DNA of 62,745 nt from a virus. Taxonomy: Duplodnaviria; Caudoviricetes. Made by a program: the position numbers and the translations under genes. Every line of letters begins with the position of its first letter. Positions within the stretch are counted from its first letter, which is position 1. Location: positions 1-62,745 of the IMG/VR virus record IMGVR_UViG_3300030090_000213; one strand, 5' to 3'. This document shows positions 39,683 to 46,648 of the stretch, piece after piece. A model generated the notes under the pieces. The model had not been told where the DNA came from. It worked only from the letters and a program-made list of their open reading frames with translations, and ran no database searches.

Positions 39683-39741
39683 AAACTGTTTCATGCCTTT
39701 AGGCAATCATCAGTAGAAAATACACATTTTCTATACAGTTT
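39683..39741 (-). ncRNA. Hammerhead ribozyme, type III (HH1)
   Basis: AAACUG-UA^-UAGAAAAU-GUGU-AUUUUCUA-CUGAUGA-U-UGCC-UAAA-GGCA-U-GAAA-CAGUUU; predicted GUA cut between 39734/39733. Confidence 0.85.
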
Positions 39742-39874
39742 TGGCAAAATTGTCGCTAGGAGAACTCGCCTGTTGCAAAGTTAAGAGTAGGTTAAGGGCA
39801 TAAGATACCCTAAAAAACCCTACTCTTAAATCGCATTAGAAAATTTCTATCTGTGTTTAGTCAGATAAAAATAT

Positions 39875-40570
39875 TTACCAGTCAATGGTTTTATCAGCAT
39901 AAATGATTTCATCTTCATTCCTATTACTTAAATACGCAATAGCTTCTGATTTATTAATAGTCTTTTCAAAAACTTCATAATCAAAATTAAATCTATTAGC
40001 AAACCATTCAGCTATTTCTTTGCTTAAAGTCCAAGACAATCCTTTATCATTAAGACCACCTCTATAGATTTTTATTTTATTAGGAAGTTTATCAAAGTAT
40101 TTTTTATCATCATCGCACATAATTAAATGTTTATCTTTGATAAAATAATCGTTTAACAAAAAATACCAATAATCTAAATTTTCATAGACATTTTCAGTAT
40201 CACACCAAATATATCTAATTAAATCCCAATACTCATCAGCTTTTGGCTTCCACCATTGCTGTATGGCATCGTAAACAAAAGGCACTCTATAAGGTCTTGT
40301 AATAAAATTTACAATTTCCATATCGTTATTTGATTTAGCTTCTTGAAATGCTTTGCTTTTAGCTTCATAACTTTTATTAGCTATATCTATTTGCAAAGGA
40401 TGTTCGCTGTAATATCCAACATAAAACTTATGATGTATCATTTTCATTCCACTTGACAATGTAATAACACATTTAGCTAGTTCGCTGTTAAGTTTTATAT
40501 CTTCATCAACATCATTAATATTTTTAATGCTATAAATTATATCTTCATTGAGTTTTTTATTTATATCCAT
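39875..40570 (-). CDS. Hypothetical early protein, C-terminal ADP-ribosyltransferase-like motif
   Basis: True start ATG 40570 after CTTGGAGG; IYRG...GLSWT...A.WFA...RNEDEII resembles the R-S-E ART pattern (inference). Confidence 0.6.
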   Translation of the reverse strand: MDINKKLNEDIIYSIKNINDVDEDIKLNSELAKCVITLSSGMKMIHHKFYVGYYSEHPLQIDIANKSYEAKSKAFQEAKSNNDMEIVNFITRPYRVPFVYDAIQQWWKPKADEYWDLIRYIWCDTENVYENLDYWYFLLNDYFIKDKHLIMCDDDKKYFDKLPNKIKIYRGGLNDKGLSWTLSKEIAEWFANRFNFDYEVFEKTINKSEAIAYLSNRNEDEIIYADKTIDW

Positions 40571-40604
40571 AATAAAAGACCCTCCAAGGTCAGTTAAGTT
40601 AAAA

Positions 40605-40657
40605 TCCTGTTTCATGGTTTCCCAATCATCAGTTGCAATACACATTGCAAAACAGAA
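40605..40657 (-). ncRNA. Hammerhead ribozyme, type III (HH2)
   Basis: UUCUG-UU^-UUGCAAU-GUGU-AUUGCAA-CUGAUGA-U-UGG-GAAA-CCA-U-GAAA-CAGGA; predicted GUU cut 40651/40650. Confidence 0.82.
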
Positions 40658-40726
40658 AATTTGACTAGCAAAGAGAAAAATATTTACTGGTAAATACTTT
40701 TCTCAACGCTAATCTGCTAGAAATTT

Positions 40727-41548
40727 CTAGGCTTTTTTCTTCCTTGGTCTAGGATAGATTTCAGAAGTTCCAAATAACTTCTTCTTTTCTTCTGCAGTTC
40801 CAAAGTGAACTATAGCTTTAAACAATCTTCTAACCATGGACTGTATTGCTAAAGTTTTTTGTTCGCCAGTTCTAGCACACACTTTAGGCTGTAATCTAAC
40901 AACTTGTCTTATGGTTAGTTGTTTTTCTTCATCAGACCAAAGACCCAAGGCTTGATTATGCAAAGAAGCATACAATCCATTCATAAATCCACCACGAAGA
41001 TTATCTTCTTGTAGAATTTTGTACCCTCTTATTGCCATACCAAGAACATCTAAATCTGAATATCTATAAGACCCAAATGATGTCCAATCAATAATTTCAT
41101 CAGACACACTTGATTTACTTACAGCTTCTTCAAGTTTAGACTTCATTGCAGTATTAATATCAGAATTTTCATCTAAACATTTATTAATGATGTTAGTTGT
41201 TTTATCAACTGTTGATTTTTTCTTTGCAGAAAATACATCAACGACATTTGCATTTACAACTGGCACCATTCTTGATGTAAGTTCATCAATAACATTTGTT
41301 TCAATACCCAATTCTCTAGCCATTTCTCGTAAAGCATTACCTCTACTTTCATGGTCATCTAGTAAACTGGCAACTACAATCTTTTCTAATTGCTTTTCAG
41401 ATTTAATCATCTTTGAAAACACATAAAAAAGTTGTGTTGAAATATCAATACTATATTTATTCTTCACATTTTCTAACCATGTTTTAGTTTCATCTGAAAC
41501 ATGAGTAGAAACTGGAGAACACTCGTTTTTATAATTATCATTTTTCAT
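40727..41548 (-). CDS. Hypothetical early protein
   Basis: ATG at 41548 after CTTGGAGG; possible N-terminal ribbon-helix-helix. Confidence 0.65.
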   Translation of the reverse strand: MKNDNYKNECSPVSTHVSDETKTWLENVKNKYSIDISTQLFYVFSKMIKSEKQLEKIVVASLLDDHESRGNALREMARELGIETNVIDELTSRMVPVVNANVVDVFSAKKKSTVDKTTNIINKCLDENSDINTAMKSKLEEAVSKSSVSDEIIDWTSFGSYRYSDLDVLGMAIRGYKILQEDNLRGGFMNGLYASLHNQALGLWSDEEKQLTIRQVVRLQPKVCARTGEQKTLAIQSMVRRLFKAIVHFGTAEEKKKLFGTSEIYPRPRKKKA

Positions 41549-41580
41549 AATTATATGTCCCTCCAAGGACAGTTTTTAAG

Positions 41581-41637
41581 TTTCTGATTTCATGCTTTTG
41601 CAATCATCAGCCAAGATACACATCTTGATATCAGAAA
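41581..41637 (-). ncRNA. Hammerhead ribozyme, type III (HH3)
   Basis: UUUCUGA-UA^-UCAAGAU-GUGU-AUCUUGG-CUGAUGA-U-UGC-AAAA-GCA-U-GAAA-UCAGAAA; predicted AUA cut 41629/41628. Confidence 0.85.
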
Positions 41638-41701
41638 TTTGATGCGGGAAGAAAAAATATTTACTGGTAAATACTTTTTCCTCCCCACCATGTTGTCGTG
41701 A

Positions 41702-43030
41702 TTAAAGACTAGAGAAATCTATAGCAACTTTTTCTCCAAAAGGAAGTTCATTGCTCCAATTATTCTCGCCACCACTTAATGCCCATATTACTGGAACATT
41801 TGGCTCAACTTCTGAACTACATTGTCCATACGCATCTGTAAAGTAGATAAATGCTATCACATCATCTGTATCATCAGTATAGTCATTGTATAAGTTGAAA
41901 GGCGGGTCAAAATCAGTTCCGCCACCGCCACGACAGACAAGTTCCAACTCTTCACAATCCAAGTCGTATTCATCCCACCACTCGCCTTTTGAGTTTTTGT
42001 GGACAGTAGTATCACAATAACAAACTCTAATTTTATTGATACCGCACTCTTCCGCTAGGGAATTGATTTCAGTTGCAAAAACATTAAGTTCTTCTTCTGA
42101 AACACTACCGCTTGTATCAATAGCAATAACAAGTTCTCCGCCTTTTGGCTCTTTATCTCTACTAGGTAAATTAATCCCTCGCCAAGAATGTCTTTTATTC
42201 AATCTTGTCCAAGTAGGATTATTAGAGTAAACACTTTGCAATAAATCTCGCATCACATCTACCCAATCAACATAACTTTCGTTTAGCTGTTCCATAGCTT
42301 TTCCAAAACCACCAGTAGGATTTTCTCCAATACTATCTAGCTTGTCAGCCATTGTGATAGTTCTTTGAAGTTCCTCTTGTAGTTCAGCCATTTCAGTAGG
42401 CGATAATTCTTGTCCATTTTCATTAGTTGGCATCCAAACTTCGCCACTAGGTAATTCAACATCAGCAAGTTTCTCTTCAAGAGATTTACTTTGTCCATTA
42501 CCAGTAGCATCAGTATCAGCATCTTCGTTAGCATCCGCATCAGTATCAGCATCAGCATCGCTATCAGAATTGCCATTATCAGAATTAGATTGCAAATTCT
42601 CTAAAGCATCGTTTAAAGCATCTTCATCATTAGATAAAGTTCTATAAACTTGCTCTGCACTTTGTCCCTTATACTTCCTATCAATTAATCCGCCCTCTGG
42701 TAAAGGCATATCTAAATCGTATGCTATCCAAGAGTTAATTACATAGTCAGTTGCTATGTTCCAAAGTTCGTGATTTCGCTTCCCTTTTCTTAAAGGATGT
42801 TCCCAAATAACATGACTTGCTTCGTGAACTAATACTGCTTGGATTTCTTCATCTGATATTGATTTAACAAATTCATCATTCCAATAAATATTAATTCCAT
42901 TTGTAGCCATAGTTTTACATCGCTCATTATCCTCAATCAAAGTAAGTTTTAATAACATAGTAGCCATACCAACATTACCTTTCATAAGTTTCGCTCTAGC
43001 TTTAATCATTCGCTCTTCACTATTTAACAT
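41702..43030 (-). CDS. Metallopeptidase + VWA domain protein (DUF2201-like)
   Basis: MATNG, VLVHEASH, WNIATDYVIN, acidic linker, MIDAS IDTSGS, GGGGTDF, YFTD; ATG 43030. Confidence 0.85.
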   Translation of the reverse strand: MLNSEERMIKARAKLMKGNVGMATMLLKLTLIEDNERCKTMATNGINIYWNDEFVKSISDEEIQAVLVHEASHVIWEHPLRKGKRNHELWNIATDYVINSWIAYDLDMPLPEGGLIDRKYKGQSAEQVYRTLSNDEDALNDALENLQSNSDNGNSDSDADADTDADANEDADTDATGNGQSKSLEEKLADVELPSGEVWMPTNENGQELSPTEMAELQEELQRTITMADKLDSIGENPTGGFGKAMEQLNESYVDWVDVMRDLLQSVYSNNPTWTRLNKRHSWRGINLPSRDKEPKGGELVIAIDTSGSVSEEELNVFATEINSLAEECGINKIRVCYCDTTVHKNSKGEWWDEYDLDCEELELVCRGGGGTDFDPPFNLYNDYTDDTDDVIAFIYFTDAYGQCSSEVEPNVPVIWALSGGENNWSNELPFGEKVAIDFSSL

Positions 43031-43062
43031 AATTAATTCCTCCAAGAATTTTATTTATGAGT

Positions 43063-43115
43063 TTCTGTTTCATGGTTTCCCAATCATCAGTTGCGATACA
43101 CATCGCAAGACAGAA
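43063..43115 (-). ncRNA. Hammerhead ribozyme, type III (HH4)
   Basis: UUCUG-UC^-UUGCGAU-GUGU-AUCGCAA-CUGAUGA-U-UGG-GAAA-CCA-U-GAAA-CAGAA; canonical GUC cut 43109/43108. Confidence 0.87.
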
Positions 43116-43166
43116 GCAAAGAAAAAATATTTACTGGTAAATAGTTTTTCCCTGCAACTCATTGGC

Positions 43167-44141
43167 TTACTTTTTATACATATCGTTTAAAAATCCGCCT
43201 TTCATTTCATCTGCTAAATCACTAACACTATCTTTTAAATCATCTGCAAGTTGTTTTCGCTTCTTGTCAGTATAATCATCATCATCACGAAGTGAATTAA
43301 CATCATTTATTTTTGCAAAGACAGTAACTAAATTTTGATGTGCTTCCGCTATCTTTTTGTCATTCCCTAGAATGTCAGAATTGATACTTGGAAGAGTATC
43401 TAAAAATTGTCTAAACTTATCAAAAGATGAATTTTTGAAAAACCCTCCACCTTTTGTTTTTGGGTCATAAGAACTTAACTTATCAGCTAAATGTTCTACA
43501 CTTTCCAAAAGAGTTTCAACAGTAGTTCTAGTTATTGCTTCAACATTTTTAGTTGCTCTTTTTAATGCATCGCTTTCAATCTTCTTGCGAAGTTTTTGTG
43601 ATACATTTAAACGAATATCCTTACTATTAAATTGTGGAACAGTACCAAGTTCAAAATCAAATCTGAATTTAGTCGCTATTTCATCTTTAGTTGGATAATC
43701 AGACAACTTAAAAGCATCGCCAAGTTTGTATTTATTCGCTTCAATCAAATTATCATAATTATCAAGAAACTCTTTAACTTCTTTATCAAAGTCAACTTTA
43801 GCATCGTTCACTTTATCCATAAGTGTATCAAGTTCTTGATTGGGACATAATCTCCAACCGCTTAAAACTTTACCCTCAAAGTCGCTAGTATTATCATCCC
43901 AAGGGACAGTCATAGGATAAAAATAGTTATACCTAAACTGATTGATAATTCTACGAAAATACTTATTCGTTTCCTTACCAAAGATATACTTCGCAACATG
44001 AAGTGAACTTTCATATGCTTTTTGGTCTATTGCTAGACCCTCTTTTAAATCCTTATCTGATTTAATACCGCTTGGATGCTTCGTTGTAAGTCGCACTAAA
44101 GTTGCATTTTCAGATAAAGTATTTGCATTTTCTTTTTTCAT
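43167..44141 (-). CDS. Helical phage protein (DUF3150-like), partner of the AAA/VWA pair
   Basis: T.PW.D...GWRL.P...F...Y......LG..F...DYP pattern; ATG 44141 after CTTGGAGG. Confidence 0.6.
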   Translation of the reverse strand: MKKENANTLSENATLVRLTTKHPSGIKSDKDLKEGLAIDQKAYESSLHVAKYIFGKETNKYFRRIINQFRYNYFYPMTVPWDDNTSDFEGKVLSGWRLCPNQELDTLMDKVNDAKVDFDKEVKEFLDNYDNLIEANKYKLGDAFKLSDYPTKDEIATKFRFDFELGTVPQFNSKDIRLNVSQKLRKKIESDALKRATKNVEAITRTTVETLLESVEHLADKLSSYDPKTKGGGFFKNSSFDKFRQFLDTLPSINSDILGNDKKIAEAHQNLVTVFAKINDVNSLRDDDDYTDKKRKQLADDLKDSVSDLADEMKGGFLNDMYKK

Positions 44142-44173
44142 AATTAATTCCTCCAAGAATTATTTATTAATAA

Positions 44174-44229
44174 ATTCTGATTTCATGCTTTTGCAATCAT
44201 CAGTTGGGACTACATCCCAATATCAGAAT
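44174..44229 (-). ncRNA. Hammerhead ribozyme, type III (HH5)
   Basis: AUUCUGA-UA^-UUGGGA-UGUAG-UCCCAA-CUGAUGA-U-UGC-AAAA-GCA-U-GAAA-UCAGAAU; predicted AUA cut 44221/44220. Confidence 0.85.
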
Positions 44230-44286
44230 GAGCGGAAAAGGAATATTTACCAGTCAATAATAAATATTCCTAGTCGCTTCGTGAGT

Positions 44287-45351
44287 TTAGATTTCTAAAT
44301 CTTGGTTATCAATTTTGAATTTAGAATATACATCGCACTCTTTGAGTTCGTTTCTTAATCCAGTAATTTTTCTAACAAAGAATATAGAAAATTCTACAGT
44401 TGAAAGTTGCTTCAAATAATTTAAAGCATTTTCAAAGTAGTCATAAACATCGTTGTCATTCGCTCCATTAATTGCAGTTGTTAATGCAATCGTTGTCGCA
44501 TAGCAAAGACCCGCATTATCTACAACTTCAACATTTTTGCCCTTACATATATCAGATATGTTTGGCACATCATTTTGAAGTGAAATAAAGTTCATAAGTT
44601 CAATCGCACTTTCTTGACCAACATCGCCCTCAAACAATTTTTGCATCAATCGTTTTGGCGGGTCAGTTTTCAAAGTATCGCTTAACCTTGTCCAACTTCT
44701 TGGACTTGGCTGTGGGTCATTACATTTAGGGTCAAAGTCCCATAGTAGCTGTGGCATAAATCTAATAAGTCCTTGAACATTTAAGTCAATGTCGTTCTTA
44801 TCAGCCCACTCTAACCAATCATCTACATCGTGAGTAAACTGGATAGCAGTAGTTCTATCTTGGCAATGCCTTAATATCTTATTTGCTCCGCTTCTATCAG
44901 TATGTCTATTACCCGCTAAAACAATTTTCCACCCACTAGGAAAAACATAATCGCCTATTCTTCGCTCTTCGTTTTTTCCTTTTGGGTCTAGTAATTGTCC
45001 TATCGTTGCTTGAACTGATGAATGTGCTTGTGCAAATTCATCCAAGAAAAATAGACCCTCGCCACCTCTAGGCAAGTTGCCTAAAAATGCTTTCTTTTGA
45101 GTTCCCTCTTCAATGTAAGGCAACCCTCCCAAGTCAATACTTTCAACTAATCCCAATCTAAAAGAGATAAAACCAAATTCATCTTCTTTTGGATTAGTGT
45201 TATCAGTCAAAGTACGACCATTTGCTATTTCCTCCGCAATCTCTTTAACTATTGCGGATTTACCAACTCCAGTACCACCAATTAAAAATGGAATATTACT
45301 CCCTTTTAAAATATGTAGACATGAAGTTTTTGCTTCACTAGGTTTAAACAT
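44287..45351 (-). CDS. MoxR-like AAA+ ATPase
   Basis: Walker A GGTGVGKS, Walker B LFFLDE, DLGGLP, VLAGNR, PSPRSW; ATG 45351. Confidence 0.88.
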   Translation of the reverse strand: MFKPSEAKTSCLHILKGSNIPFLIGGTGVGKSAIVKEIAEEIANGRTLTDNTNPKEDEFGFISFRLGLVESIDLGGLPYIEEGTQKKAFLGNLPRGGEGLFFLDEFAQAHSSVQATIGQLLDPKGKNEERRIGDYVFPSGWKIVLAGNRHTDRSGANKILRHCQDRTTAIQFTHDVDDWLEWADKNDIDLNVQGLIRFMPQLLWDFDPKCNDPQPSPRSWTRLSDTLKTDPPKRLMQKLFEGDVGQESAIELMNFISLQNDVPNISDICKGKNVEVVDNAGLCYATTIALTTAINGANDNDVYDYFENALNYLKQLSTVEFSIFFVRKITGLRNELKECDVYSKFKIDNQDLEI

Positions 45352-45403
45352 AATTAATTCCTCCAAGAATTTTAAGTTTAATATTTGTTAGCAATTTGCT
45401 AAC

Positions 45404-45464
45404 ACCAATAACATCCCAAATAGTTGAGATGTTTTCATAGCATTTCAGCTAATCATCAGTTGGT
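45404..45464 (-). ncRNA. Hammerhead ribozyme, type I (HH6)
   Basis: ACCAA-CUGAUGA-U-UAGC-UGAAAU-GCUA-U-GAAA-ACAUCUCAA-CUAU-UUGGGAUGU-UA^-UUGGU; predicted UUA cut 45409/45408. Confidence 0.8.
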
Positions 45465-45599
45465 TTGAATTACCTTATCTATTTCTTTGATAAGTTCTTT
45501 AGCACTAGAAGTTTCTTTTAAAGTTTCCCACTCTTCACTATCAACTATGTGTTCAAGTGTATCTTTAATATCTTCTAATAGTTCTTTATCAATTTTCAT
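45456..45599 (-). CDS. Small acidic early protein (47 aa, not in the ORF track), first gene of the early operon
   Basis: CTTGGAGG RBS; MKIDKELLEDIKDTLEHIVDSEEWETLKETSSAKELIKEIDKVIQTN; stop UGA lies in the HH6 core. Confidence 0.7.
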   Translation of the reverse strand: MKIDKELLEDIKDTLEHIVDSEEWETLKETSSAKELIKEIDKVIQTN

Positions 45600-45617
45600 A
45601 ATTTAACCCTCCAAGGT

Positions 45618-45695
45618 CAGTTTCTTGTACCCAACCATTTACTAACACCATGTTAGTAAACTGGACACTCATTCAGCACGTTAATTCGTGGACTG
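45618..45695 (-). ncRNA. Divergent hammerhead-like element (HH7) with core insertions
   Basis: CAG-UC^-CACG-AAUUAA-CGUG-CUGAAUGA-long stem II-AA-GAAA-CUG, in the same position relative to the RBS as the others. Confidence 0.5.
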
Positions 45696-46052
45696 TTGGA
45701 GCAGTCCCAAAAGTTATATATCTTTAAGATTGATTATTAAAATTAATTAGTCTTTATAAGTTCCTTTATCTATAAAGCAAAAAGATACTTTCCTCTTGGT
45801 TTTGCGGGTCTTGTTAAAATCATCACGACTTGAACTAACCTATTGTTACGCACTAGCTACTTTAAGAGCGAATTCCTTATTGGACTGGACTGACCTTTTC
45901 TTCCCAATAAATCTTGTTGGACTTTTTTAACACCCTCCAACACTAGCACTAGGGCTGTTGATTTAACAACTCTTCAACTTTACCTTTTTCAAGACCCTTG
46001 CGGGTAGTTGGCTACAGTTTAAAGACATAATCGTTTTGGTCTGTGTAGAAAC

Positions 46053-46081
46053 AGTATAAGGCAAGTGAACATCATCTGCAA
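46053..46081 (-). promoter_or_regulatory. Sigma70-like promoter of the early operon
   Basis: TTGCAG-17 nt-TATACT on the minus strand. Confidence 0.6.
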
Positions 46082-46168
46082 CATCATATTAAATATTTAC
46101 CAGTCCACTATTTTTGCTATCGTTTTGTGAGCATTATATTTTCTTCATATCTGCGATAAGATTTATGC

Positions 46169-46648
46169 ATGAGCAAAGATGAAAAACCAAATCTGAAAGT
46201 AGTCAAAAAAGAAATTGATTTGACCATAAAGCAAAGGCAGTTCGTGGATGAAATTATTAAGGGCAAGTTGGGTAGTTATAAAGAAGCATATGCAAAAGTT
46301 TATGATGTTACTCTAACGAAGCAAGGCAAGATACCTAAATGGGTAGAAGTGGAAGCATCCAAGTTAGTAGCTAACCCTAAAATAACCATAAGCATACAAA
46401 GGGCTATTGAACGCAAAGAGCAGTCAGCAGTAGCTAGTAGTATCAGAACAAGGAACTATGTCATAGACCAACTGTATCGTGAAAGCAAAGAAGCGGATAG
46501 CGATGCGACTAGAGTTAGAGCATTGGAACTGCTAGGCAAAAGTGTATCGCTGTTTAGTGATGTCGTTGAAACCAAAGAAGCAAGAACAAGCGATGAAGTT
46601 GAAGCGGATATTGAAGAGCGAATACAAGCATTACTTAATAAACAATAG
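46169..46648 (+). CDS. Terminase small subunit
   Basis: LTIKQRQFV...AY...ASKL..NPKI...RVRALELLGK; upstream of TerL. Confidence 0.8.
   Translation: MSKDEKPNLKVVKKEIDLTIKQRQFVDEIIKGKLGSYKEAYAKVYDVTLTKQGKIPKWVEVEASKLVANPKITISIQRAIERKEQSAVASSIRTRNYVIDQLYRESKEADSDATRVRALELLGKSVSLFSDVVETKEARTSDEVEADIEERIQALLNKQ

Larger units (their letters stand above)
29672..46105. repeat. Dispersed motif family AAATATTTACCAGTC / TATTTACTGGTAAATA (about 13 copies)
   Basis: Copies near 29672, 29720, 37661, 38536, 38640, 38924, 39010, 39869, 40681, 41658, 43128, 44242, 46091; none noticed in the late region. Confidence 0.75.

Noticed and set aside
40571-40645. N-terminal extension of ORF 39875..40645, and the MEELIM/MEGHIIM TTG starts of neighbouring ORFs
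   Set aside because: These run through the ribozyme or begin inside the CTTGGAGG RBS; the true starts are the downstream ATGs
29442-45391. Short plus-strand ORFs opposite the leftward genes (e.g. 29442-29792, 31626-31958, 41187-41426, 38400-38630)
   Set aside because: Antisense shadows with no recognisable coding signal
39683-45464. Intergenic repeats read as a CRISPR array or REP/MITE elements
   Set aside because: Units are separated by whole genes, vary by compensatory stem changes around an invariant catalytic core, and there is no cas operon or transposase (the Cas4-like nuclease sits in a recombination block)
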